DNA of 64,000 nt from an uncultured Bacteroidales bacterium (lineage in GTDB: Bacteria; Bacteroidota; Bacteroidia; Bacteroidales; JAEINX01): assembly GCA_964462015.1 (NCBI GenBank), contig CAYWXI010000004.1:15859-79858 (forward strand), written 5' to 3'. The translations under genes and the position numbers were made by a program. Positions 40,155 through 48,999 of the stretch are shown piece by piece (position 1 is the first letter of the stretch; every line of letters starts with the position of its first letter). The notes beneath the pieces were generated by a model that ran no database searches, was not told the origin of the DNA, and saw nothing but the letters and a program-made list of their open reading frames with translations.

Positions 40155-41534
40155 CTAAGATTTTATTTTTGTCTTTGATTTTACTTTCTCCTTTGAAAGC
40201 GAAAATTTTATTGGTAAGTTAAATTGCACTCTGACATTTTTTCCTCTTTGGGTTCCGGGTTCCCACTTCGGCATAAGTTTGACAACCCTGATAGCTTCTT
40301 CGTCGCAACCACCTCCTATTCCACGCAATATTTTAATATTGGTAACCGAGCCGTCAGGTTCAACAACAAATGAAACATATACTTTTCCCTGAATACCATT
40401 TTCTTTTGCTTGTTTGGGATATTTCAGGTTGTCAGCGAAGAATTTTAGTCTTGCAGGTTCTCCTCCGGGATATTTTGGTGGTACTTCTACAACTCTAAAA
40501 ACTGTGTCTTTTTTTTGATCATCCTCAATTATAATTCTTGTGAGATGAGGTTTTTCCTTTTTTTCTTTTTGATCTTTCTCAATTTCTTTAATTGTTTTAA
40601 GAGATTTCTCCTTTTTTTCTTGTTTAACATTCTTCTCTTTTGAATTTTTGCTTTGTGCCGTAATTGATTTACTTGCCGTTACCGAAAATGCAAAAATTAA
40701 CATAATAGTAAGAGGCAATACAAGTAGCAACTTTAATTTAGCTCTGTGAGCCGATTTGGATTTTGTCATCATAATGAATCTTTTTTTAATTAATGAATGA
40801 TTGAAATTATTTGTTATCTCATTTAGCCTCATGCCTGTTATTAAAACAAACAAAAGGTTTTGATAATTTATTTTACTATATCCCTGGCCAAGAACACCAT
40901 CATCGGCAAGATATTCGTGGATTTCTTTTATTGAATGTTTATAAAACCAAACAAATGGATTGAACCATTGAAATATGCATAGGATCTCTAAAAATACTAC
41001 ATCAATAGAATGCCTTTGGCGAATATGGATATTTTCATGTGCAATGATTTTATCCATTTTTTCATCTGAAATGTTTTCATTATTTATAAAAATTATATTG
41101 AAAAATGAAAATGTGGAATACTTTTTTCTGATGTAAACTACTTTTGTTCCTTTGTAAAGAGAGACCCCATATTTTATTATAAAATATCTTATTTGAAAAA
41201 TCTGAAAAACAAAGCGAATCAAAAAAACAATTGCACCCGTAAAATATATTATTGAAATGTAATTTATAGTCGGAACCGAATTATTTATTGTCCGGCTGAT
41301 ACTTTGGCCGGAATAAGTAACTGTTTCTAGCATTGCAGTATAAATCGGGCTTGTTTGCGTACTATCAAATGAAATCTTAAAAAGCGGTATTAAAACAGAT
41401 AATATAACTGAACTAATTAAATAAATACGATTTAATACGAAAAACGTTTCTTTTCGAAGAAGAAACCAATATAATGAATATAAGCAGCCTAAGCAAATCA
41501 AACTTTGAATCAGGTATTCGAAATAATTAGTCAT
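40155..41534 (-). CDS. BlaR1-like M56 peptidase fused to a TonB C-terminal domain
   Basis: 459 aa. TM region with HENIHIRQRH (HExxH), a K/E-rich linker, and a C-terminal TonB_C region (PKYPGGEPARLKFF...GIQGKVYVSFVVEPDGSV). Confidence 0.85.
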   Translation of the reverse strand: MTNYFEYLIQSLICLGCLYSLYWFLLRKETFFVLNRIYLISSVILSVLIPLFKISFDSTQTSPIYTAMLETVTYSGQSISRTINNSVPTINYISIIYFTGAIVFLIRFVFQIFQIRYFIIKYGVSLYKGTKVVYIRKKYSTFSFFNIIFINNENISDEKMDKIIAHENIHIRQRHSIDVVFLEILCIFQWFNPFVWFYKHSIKEIHEYLADDGVLGQGYSKINYQNLLFVLITGMRLNEITNNFNHSLIKKRFIMMTKSKSAHRAKLKLLLVLPLTIMLIFAFSVTASKSITAQSKNSKEKNVKQEKKEKSLKTIKEIEKDQKEKKEKPHLTRIIIEDDQKKDTVFRVVEVPPKYPGGEPARLKFFADNLKYPKQAKENGIQGKVYVSFVVEPDGSVTNIKILRGIGGGCDEEAIRVVKLMPKWEPGTQRGKNVRVQFNLPIKFSLSKEKVKSKTKIKS

Positions 41535-41913
41535 TTTTCGTTGATTTTTGTTTTTCTATCTCATTTTCCATCATTTTTTTTATTTCCTCCATATCGCTTA
41601 GGCTTAAATTTTCATCTTTAGCAAAAAATGAAGCAAGAGCCGGATAAGAGTTTTCAAAGTAATTATTTATAAAACTCTTGAAATAAGTACGCGTATATTC
41701 TTTTTTTGAAACCAGTGGATAATATTGGTGTGTTTTTCCATAAGCAGTGTAACTGACAAATTTCTTTTTTTCTAAAATCCTTACAATCGTTGAAATAGTG
41801 TTATATGCCGGTTTAGGTTCCGGGAATTTATCTAAAATATCGTGAACAAAGCCTTTTCCTAATTTCCATAGGATTTGCATGATTTGTTCTTCTGCCTTTG
41901 TTAACTCCTTCAT
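41527..41913 (-). CDS. BlaI/MecI/CopY-family transcriptional repressor
   Basis: Start moved to ATG 41913 (MKELTKAEEQIMQILW...). Winged-helix Penicillinase_R type. Overlaps the downstream blaR1-like gene by 8 nt. Confidence 0.9.
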   Translation of the reverse strand: MKELTKAEEQIMQILWKLGKGFVHDILDKFPEPKPAYNTISTIVRILEKKKFVSYTAYGKTHQYYPLVSKKEYTRTYFKSFINNYFENSYPALASFFAKDENLSLSDMEEIKKMMENEIEKQKSTKND

Positions 41914-41938
41914 AGTATTTATTTTTTTACAAACATAC

Positions 41939-41974
41939 AACTAAATAATTAGTTATACAACTATTGTTTTAGTT
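41939..41974. promoter_or_regulatory. candidate BlaI operator: two AACTA-N6-TAGTT dyads 20 bp apart
   Basis: aactaaataattagtt (41939-41954) and aactattgttttagtt (41959-41974), each preceded by ATACAACTA. They lie 26-61 nt upstream of the repressor ATG. Confidence 0.45.
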
Positions 41975-42074
41975 TTTTATTGTAATATTTCGATTTTTTT
42001 ATATTCTTTGAACACATTTCATTACTCCATGCCTAATTAATAAGCATGTATGAAATTCGGAATTTAATAATTGA

Positions 42075-42240
42075 GCCTACTCCGAAAAAGTGTTTTTAAG
42101 CCATTAAACTTGTCCGTATGGAAGCACAAAAACACTAAATATCACTAAAATTAATCATTTGATAATCTTTATTTTGTGGGTTTTTGTGTCTTAGTGTTTT
42201 AGTGGCATTTTTTATATTTTAGCTTTTCGGTGTGGGCACA
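42075..42240. repeat. long imperfect inverted word region (CACTAAA / CACAAAAA words)
   Basis: Complementary word pairs: cacaaaaa/tttttgtg (42125-32/42181-88), cactaa/ttagtg (42133-38/42191-96), cactaaaa/ttttagtg (42143-50/42197-204), ccgaaaa/ttttcgg (42082-88/42224-30). Confidence 0.6.
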
Positions 42241-42243
42241 AAA

Positions 42244-42453
42244 TCAATTTGTAAAAAAGTCAAGAATATTTCCTAACTTATTACTTGGAACTGCATAAAA
42301 CTCGGTGTATTTACATTGGGAGCAAATAATAGTTGTAAATTTTTTGTTTTGAATATTAAAAAGTTTGTGTGCAAAACTACCGGTTGCACGTATTTCACTT
42401 GTCTCGAAATACTTGTTTCCACATTTCAGGCATTGGTATTTTTTCTGGCTCAT
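42244..42453 (-). CDS. zinc-ribbon domain protein
   Basis: Start moved to ATG 42453 (MSQKKYQCLKCGN...CSQCKYTEFY). Two CxxC pairs. Confidence 0.65.
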   Translation of the reverse strand: MSQKKYQCLKCGNKYFETSEIRATGSFAHKLFNIQNKKFTTIICSQCKYTEFYAVPSNKLGNILDFFTN

Positions 42454-42705
42454 TTTTTTGATTTGTAAATTAATCAATGAATTTTCAGTTCACTAAAATA
42501 ATAAATAATCTATAACTAATGAGTATTATCTTAAGAATGTATTTTAGAAATAAAGGGATTGATATTTATTTTTTAAATTATATCCCGGAACTTCAGGATT
42601 GATTGGCTGATTAGTTACAAGATTTCTAATATCGAAACAGTATAATTTTTTGGATTTTTTCGAAAAATATTGTTCCTTTACAATGATTTATTAAAAGGAA
42701 AAGAA

Positions 42706-43776
42706 ATGAATAAAATATACCAAAAGCTTGCAGAACAACTTGATAAGATACCAAATGGTTTCCCTAAAACAAAGAGCGGTGTTGAGATAAAAATACTTAA
42801 AAAGCTTTTTAGCCCGGAAGAAGCTAAGCTTGCTTCTACTCTAAGTCTTGAATTACAATCAATAAAAACCATTGCCAAGAATAACAATGCAGATGAATCT
42901 GAGGTTAAAGCTTTATTAATAAGAATGGTTAAGAAGGGTTTGATTGATTTGAAAAGAGAAGAAGGCAAAGGGCTTGTATTTTGTCTGATCCCTTTTGTTG
43001 TTGGTTTTTACGAACGTCAGAATGCAAAAATTGATAAGGAATTTGCTGAGCTCTTTGAGTCTTATTATAATGAAGGTTTTCACAAAGTAATGACTGCTGA
43101 TCCTTCTGTACACAGGGTTATCCCGATTGAAAAAAGCATTCCTGTAAATATTGATGTTATGCCTTATGAAAAAGCCTCAACCTATCTTGATAATGCAAAA
43201 TCATGGGGTGTATTGCCTTGTATTTGCAGGGTGCAGAAAAAATTAATCGGGCAGGCTTGTGAACATAGCCTCGAAAATTGTATTGTATTTTCAGGTAAGG
43301 AAAATGCTTTTGATAGGACGGATGATATCAGGACGATCTCAAAAAAAGAAGCCCTGGAAATTTTGGTTCAGTCTGATAAAGAAGGATTAGTACATTCAAC
43401 AAACAATGCCCGGCAAGATGTAAGTTATATTTGCAATTGCTGCACCTGCTCATGTGGTGTACTTCAGGGAATAGCAAAATATGGCAACCTTAATTCGGTT
43501 GCCCGCTCCGATTTTTATGCAGTTGTTGATAAGGATACATGTATTGGATGCGAAATATGTATTGAAAGATGTCAATTCGATGCTTTAATAATGATTGATA
43601 ATATTTGTTCGGTAAATAAGACTTTTTGTTTTGGCTGCGGCCTTTGTGTTACATCATGTACTTCAGGAGCTCTTTTGCTTCAACAAAAGAATTCGGAAGA
43701 GCTTTGCCCTCCCCCATTAACTGAAGAAGACTGGAGAGTAAAAAGAGAAAAGTCAATGAAAAAATTGCAGGAATAA
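42706..43776 (+). CDS. cysteine-rich 4Fe-4S dicluster protein
   Basis: Start moved to ATG 42706 (MNKIYQKLAEQLDKIPNGFP). CIGCEICIERC and CFGCGLCVTSC ferredoxin motifs, plus an additional Cys cluster CNCCTCSCG. Confidence 0.7.
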   Translation: MNKIYQKLAEQLDKIPNGFPKTKSGVEIKILKKLFSPEEAKLASTLSLELQSIKTIAKNNNADESEVKALLIRMVKKGLIDLKREEGKGLVFCLIPFVVGFYERQNAKIDKEFAELFESYYNEGFHKVMTADPSVHRVIPIEKSIPVNIDVMPYEKASTYLDNAKSWGVLPCICRVQKKLIGQACEHSLENCIVFSGKENAFDRTDDIRTISKKEALEILVQSDKEGLVHSTNNARQDVSYICNCCTCSCGVLQGIAKYGNLNSVARSDFYAVVDKDTCIGCEICIERCQFDALIMIDNICSVNKTFCFGCGLCVTSCTSGALLLQQKNSEELCPPPLTEEDWRVKREKSMKKLQE

Positions 43777-43788
43777 ATATTTCTGCAA

Positions 43789-45201
43789 TTAATCTTTCAT
43801 CTCAAAAATCAGCAAGGGATACTTTTTTCTTATCATTTTTCTTTCCTCATAAGTACGTAGCATATTATATTTTCTTGAGTATTCACTTATTGAATACACA
43901 TCCCTTAACTCATGAACAACTGTTAATAGATCAGATAAAACTTTAATGTAAGCCGAAAAATCTAAGTTTTTATTATGATAAAATTTCACAATATTATTTG
44001 GATTTTCGATCATCCGATTTTTATACTCTTTTTTCAAATCTTTGGCCTCAATTAAAGTTTCATTAAAAAGGCAAAATCCTGATTCAAGGGGTTTGATTTC
44101 AATCACATCTCCATTTTCACAAAATCTATTAACAATTTCCTTAAAATCTGATGAATCAGAATGAAATCGTGGTAAACTTAACTGTAATCCTATATCTTTA
44201 TAATACCTGAAATCAAATTCAGGATTACATGGTGTAACGGCGTAGCTTACCTTCCTAAAACCAATATCATATAATTGATTTCTTACTTTATTAATGAAGC
44301 TCATTTTAATATCTCTATGAATATGCATATTGAAAATAATGTATTTTGCATCATCCTTATCTCTTGATGATTGAATTTCTTTAATTTTATCAGGCAAGTC
44401 CGATAAAGAGATTTCATTATTATCAATTACAATAACAGGTTTTAAACTATTAGGACTTCCTTTTGGAGTAACAATAAAGATATCCTCAACTAGCGATCTT
44501 TTCTCATTTCTTTGATATAAATCAGATTCCGGCAATTCAAGATTATAATTATAAAAAATATTCTTTTGTAGAATTCCATTTTTCAATTTATTAAAGTCAA
44601 TTAAATTGATCTTTGACAATCCGTAAGATGTAGCTGTAAGTACTATCATTGAAACCAAAAGCCACTTTATGCTTCGACCTTTAAACACCTGTCTGATGGT
44701 TTTCCATGTTTGAAAATACAAAACTATAATTATGAGAATAAAAAGGTAGTTGTAATCAGGATAAAAGCTAAAAGCATAATAACCAACATGCAATGTAGGA
44801 CCGAAGAAAATCCCAAAACATACAGCCAGTTTTGAAAACCACCATAAAAAATACCAGTTAAGAACTCTTTGATCATTTACAATCGTTGTTCTTCTCAAAT
44901 TGGTCTTTCTAAAGACTTTTTTCGGCCTGTCAATCCAAAAAGTAAAACATAATGATTGGCCAAGAATCACAGAAATAAAGGCAAAAAACAAATTGTAGAA
45001 ATTTTCCTCAGAACCTGATAATTCCCATATATCGTAATACTCAGAGACTGATAACAAAGTAAAACCTTCTCTGACTACAATAACAAAAGAATAAAACACA
45101 AAAGAGTATAACAATCCAATAATAATTCCGGCGACAAATCTGAATCTTGATATTTCAAGTGATTTTGTGTCGGGATGGAGGAAATTCTTTTTTAATGTCA
45201 T
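43789..45201 (-). CDS. polytopic membrane protein with ExbD/TolR-like soluble region(s), function unknown
   Basis: 470-aa ORF. About 6 TM helices, then IVIDNNEISLSDLPDKIKE...YIIFNMHIHRDIKMSFINKVRNQLYDIGFRKVSYAV, which resembles ExbD. ATGA overlap with the upstream ORF. Confidence 0.55.
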   Translation of the reverse strand: MTLKKNFLHPDTKSLEISRFRFVAGIIIGLLYSFVFYSFVIVVREGFTLLSVSEYYDIWELSGSEENFYNLFFAFISVILGQSLCFTFWIDRPKKVFRKTNLRRTTIVNDQRVLNWYFLWWFSKLAVCFGIFFGPTLHVGYYAFSFYPDYNYLFILIIIVLYFQTWKTIRQVFKGRSIKWLLVSMIVLTATSYGLSKINLIDFNKLKNGILQKNIFYNYNLELPESDLYQRNEKRSLVEDIFIVTPKGSPNSLKPVIVIDNNEISLSDLPDKIKEIQSSRDKDDAKYIIFNMHIHRDIKMSFINKVRNQLYDIGFRKVSYAVTPCNPEFDFRYYKDIGLQLSLPRFHSDSSDFKEIVNRFCENGDVIEIKPLESGFCLFNETLIEAKDLKKEYKNRMIENPNNIVKFYHNKNLDFSAYIKVLSDLLTVVHELRDVYSISEYSRKYNMLRTYEERKMIRKKYPLLIFEMKD

Positions 45202-45710
45202 TGTTGTTCAACTAATTTATATTCATTGTTTTCAAAGGAAACAGAATCGAATGGTTTCCACTCACTTTCGTAATAACCTGATGGCTTGTTTTTAGAAGAA
45301 TTAGTTTTTAAAAACTTTTTAAAATTAAATTTATTAACAACACTTTTTCTCCGCAACAAACCACTTTTTTTATTAGTTCTAATACATCTCCAACTTTTCA
45401 ATTCCCAATCAATATATGATTGACAAATAATGTAATCGTCCTCTTCATTTTGATTTATATAAAAATAAACATCCGTATAATTTGTAATAAAACCTGGTGA
45501 AACAAAAGATATCATAAACCAAATTATGGTTAACCATAATAATATAAATGATGAAAGCCCATATTTACCGGTTTTTACTACTTTCTTATTCTCTTTTTTT
45601 ATGTTCATTATTAGCCAAACAATAATAAGAGCCTCAATTGACAAAACAGAAATACCACATTTTAAAAAATAGTTAAGAAAGGCATTAGTCACTTCAATAT
45701 TAAAAAACAC
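45198..45710 (-). CDS. small membrane protein, function unknown
   Basis: 170-aa ORF with a GTG start (alternative ATG at 45608), 2-3 TM helices, and translational coupling (ATGA) to 43789..45201. Confidence 0.45.
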   Translation of the reverse strand: MFFNIEVTNAFLNYFLKCGISVLSIEALIIVWLIMNIKKENKKVVKTGKYGLSSFILLWLTIIWFMISFVSPGFITNYTDVYFYINQNEEDDYIICQSYIDWELKSWRCIRTNKKSGLLRRKSVVNKFNFKKFLKTNSSKNKPSGYYESEWKPFDSVSFENNEYKLVEQQ

Positions 45711-45764
45711 TAAAGCAAACCATACAACGATCTTTCTTCTCCAACCCAGTTAATTGCCGGTGGT

Positions 45765-48700
45765 GTGGATGATGAAATATCTGGTTTAACCAATATAGGT
45801 TTTACATTTTCTTATAACGGTATTGATTATACACAATTTAAGGCAAGTTCAAATGGTTTTGTGAACTTAGGAGGAGCGCTTTCAGATTCTTATTGGTCCA
45901 ACGATCTGGAAAGCAGTACTAAAAAAGAAATATTGGCACCCCTCTGGGATGATCTTGAAACTAATACCGCTGGAAGTATCGGATATGAATTAAGCGGGTC
46001 ATCAGGAAGCTATATTTTGAAAATTGAGTTCAAAAATTTAGACTTCAATGGAGATTATGGAACAAATATGTATTTCCAGGTTTGGCTTTATGAAGCAACC
46101 TACGAAGTTGAATTCCGGTATGGAGCAATGGGTACGTGGACGGGGCAAAGTGCAAGTATCGGCCTAAATGATGAAACTGATGATCGTTTTATGAGTATTA
46201 CCCCTGCTGAGACACCTACATATAATACTGAAACAGTGAACAATTCAATAGCTACAAATGATTATCTCACAAACGGACTTAGATACAGTTTTAATAAAGG
46301 AAGCGATTGGTATTGTTGGAAAGGAGCAAGCAACACCGATTGGGCAACAGAAGCTAATTGGTATGGGGGTGCGTTTCCAACTACCTCACAACATGTTACA
46401 ATATCAAAGGGGAAGTCCTATGATCCCATTATAGATGAGACCGCTGCATGCAATGACTTGGGTATTGGAGATGGCACTAAAGTAACGGTGAATACTGGTA
46501 CTGATCTTACAGTTAATGATGATATTTGGGTATGTAGCGGTGGTGAGTTTGAATTGAATGGAGGTACGGTGACAGTTAGTGATGGTTTTAGATCAGTAGC
46601 TAATAGCACTGTTGACATTAATGGAGGCACATTAAATATCGGAGGCGACTGGGAGCTAAATTCTAGTGACGAATCAGCAAAGGGAACAATAGAATTATCA
46701 GGAGGAACTATTAATATTACTGATGATTGCTGTTTTTCCTCGAGTGATGTGACCGGCTCAATGACAGGTGATTTTCAAATGACAATAGGGGATGATTTTA
46801 AGATTAGTTCCAACACATGGAGTGATCCTACTGGAGGTACAATTATATTAACTGCATCAAAAGATGGTAGTATGTATTTATTCTCGAACAATGCTTCGTC
46901 TGATGTCATTGCCTATAACCTTACGATCAACGGATCAGGTAATAACTTTTATATGGCATCTACCGGTGATCTCGTTGATCAGGGCATACATATTTTTAAC
47001 AACTTCACGCTTACTACCGGTACTGTTGAAACAAAAGATGCCGATGGACATACTGATAAATTGGATGTTAATGGAACTTTTAGTATGGGAAGCGGCTCTC
47101 ATTTTAAAGATGCCATAGAATCTACTGATACGTATAGTGTGGGTAGTTTTAGTTTTGATGCAGCCAGTACATATGAGTTTTACGGTACTGCTCAAAATAT
47201 TCCAGCAACTACCTTTGGACATCTCAATGTTAGTGCGGCCGGGACAAAGTCAATAACAGGAAATACAACTGCTGCAGGAAACCTCTCAATAACAGCAGGT
47301 GTGTTAAGTGCTACTGAGACCAATGGATTTACTATAACAGGAACCACTACCAACAGTGTGGGAGCAGCAGGTTTAGTTGTAGAGTCAGACGCCTCCGGTA
47401 CCGGTTCAGTTATTTTTGGTGGTACTGTAACAGGAGATGTTACAGTTGAACGCTTTCTCACCCACGACAGATGGCATTACATAGCAGGCCAAAGCAATAT
47501 TTCAGGAAATTTCAGCACATTGAGTATGGGATTGACAGGAGGAGTAAATAACGACCAGTTTTACCGCTGGGATGAAAGCCTGGATTGGGGAGGAAATGTC
47601 GGGAACTGGGTTGATATCCTAAACGGCCCTAATGGTAATGACCCAACAATGGCAACTGAAGGTTTTTTGGCATGTAAAGGATATGCTATCAATTATATTA
47701 CCACCGATAAAACTTTAAGCCTAAGCGGAGCACCTTATACTGTCGATAAGAGTATCAACCTTACAAAAACTACAGGAAGCTTAAATGAAGGTTGTAACCT
47801 TGTTGGCAATCCTTTTACTTCCACTCTTGCAGTAAATACAGATGCCGAGACTACCAACAACTTTCTTACACAGAATACAGATGTCCTTGATGCATCTTAT
47901 GTAGCTGTTTATTTGTGGAACGAACAGGCTGGCTGGACCTATCCGGACAATAATGATTATGTTACCATTAATAATTCAAGCGGAGCAACATATATTCAAG
48001 CGGGACAGGCCTTTATGGTAGTAGCAAAAACCAATGGTGCATCTTTATCTTTTCCGGCAGCAATCAGAAAGCATGGATCAGCCTCTTTCTATAAAAATCA
48101 GGTTAACGATGAAGTTTCAAGGTTTGAACTCGGTGTATTTAACCCTGAAGGACAAACCAACTCAGTACTTATTGCTTTTATCCCCGAAATGACAAACGGC
48201 CTTGATCCTTCGTATGATGCCGGAAAAATGAGCGGCAATGCCAGTCTTTCACTCTACACAAAACTTGTTGAAGATAACGGCCATAATTTTGCAATCCAGG
48301 CCCTGCCACCATTAGATGGTACTACTTCTGTGAAATTAGGTTTAAGGGCAGAACTCACCGGAACGTATAAGTTTGAACCTGTTAATGTTGAAAACTTTAA
48401 TGAGAGTGTTTCCATTAAACTGGAAGATAAACAAACCGGTGCAATGATTGATTTAACAACCATTCCTGAATATTCATTTGGGATAAATGAAGCCGGAACC
48501 TTTGATGACAGGTTTGTGCTGCACTTTAAAGGGGCTGTCGGTATTGAGGAAGTGCTGGAAAGCAATAAAATACGTTTTTATGTTTACGACAATAAACTTT
48601 ATATTATTGATAAAGAACTGAAAAACGCAACAATTCAGTTATTCAATATGCTTGGGCAACCGGTGATGAAAAAACAATATTCACAAGCAGTAAATGTCAT

Positions 48701-48785
48701 TGATTTAAATCTATCGAAGGGATATTATATTGTTAGAATTATTACGAATAAGATGTCAGTAAAGGGGAAAATATATGTTGAGTAG
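45765..48785 (+). CDS. T9SS-sorted surface protein paralog 1 (NIDO-like N-terminal region, beta-helix-like repeats, T9SS CTD); probably 5'-truncated
   Basis: 1006-aa ORF with only a GTG start, no signal peptide, and a frame open back to 45714 without an ATG. The C-terminal 70 aa is a type A T9SS sorting domain. Confidence 0.6.
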   Translation: MDDEISGLTNIGFTFSYNGIDYTQFKASSNGFVNLGGALSDSYWSNDLESSTKKEILAPLWDDLETNTAGSIGYELSGSSGSYILKIEFKNLDFNGDYGTNMYFQVWLYEATYEVEFRYGAMGTWTGQSASIGLNDETDDRFMSITPAETPTYNTETVNNSIATNDYLTNGLRYSFNKGSDWYCWKGASNTDWATEANWYGGAFPTTSQHVTISKGKSYDPIIDETAACNDLGIGDGTKVTVNTGTDLTVNDDIWVCSGGEFELNGGTVTVSDGFRSVANSTVDINGGTLNIGGDWELNSSDESAKGTIELSGGTINITDDCCFSSSDVTGSMTGDFQMTIGDDFKISSNTWSDPTGGTIILTASKDGSMYLFSNNASSDVIAYNLTINGSGNNFYMASTGDLVDQGIHIFNNFTLTTGTVETKDADGHTDKLDVNGTFSMGSGSHFKDAIESTDTYSVGSFSFDAASTYEFYGTAQNIPATTFGHLNVSAAGTKSITGNTTAAGNLSITAGVLSATETNGFTITGTTTNSVGAAGLVVESDASGTGSVIFGGTVTGDVTVERFLTHDRWHYIAGQSNISGNFSTLSMGLTGGVNNDQFYRWDESLDWGGNVGNWVDILNGPNGNDPTMATEGFLACKGYAINYITTDKTLSLSGAPYTVDKSINLTKTTGSLNEGCNLVGNPFTSTLAVNTDAETTNNFLTQNTDVLDASYVAVYLWNEQAGWTYPDNNDYVTINNSSGATYIQAGQAFMVVAKTNGASLSFPAAIRKHGSASFYKNQVNDEVSRFELGVFNPEGQTNSVLIAFIPEMTNGLDPSYDAGKMSGNASLSLYTKLVEDNGHNFAIQALPPLDGTTSVKLGLRAELTGTYKFEPVNVENFNESVSIKLEDKQTGAMIDLTTIPEYSFGINEAGTFDDRFVLHFKGAVGIEEVLESNKIRFYVYDNKLYIIDKELKNATIQLFNMLGQPVMKKQYSQAVNVIDLNLSKGYYIVRIITNKMSVKGKIYVE

Positions 48786-48800
48786 GAATAGGATGCAGGA
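47392..48800 (+). repeat. 1.4-kb direct repeat, copy 1 (shared 3' region of the T9SS paralogs)
   Basis: Aligns with 49748-51156 at a constant offset of 2356 nt with no indels. The translated copies differ at only 5 of the last 430 aa. Confidence 0.9.
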
Positions 48801-48999
48801 TACAGGATACAAGTTACAGGATACAAGATACTTGAAACCCGAAACTATAAATTTTATCAAAAAAAGAGAAGAATTTATAATAAGTAAGATAAATATTTTT
48901 TCATGCGTTTGCCCTGATAATACCACTTTTTATAATATATCTAAATTAAGGAAAGTTTATTGCAATTCAAAAAAAAATTTGTATATTAGCACAAATGTT

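Noticed and set aside
46418-47461. Several antisense or alternate-frame ORFs within T9SS paralog 1, and the identical pair 48254..48565 / 50610..50921.
   Set aside because: They are shadow ORFs in a relatively GC-richer gene. The identical pair simply reflects the 1.4-kb duplication.
48775-48999. 75-aa N-terminal extension of T9SS paralog 2 given by the ORF track.
   Set aside because: The extension starts at the previous gene's stop region and translates the GGATACAGG word tract. A canonical signal peptide begins at the internal ATG (49000/49012).
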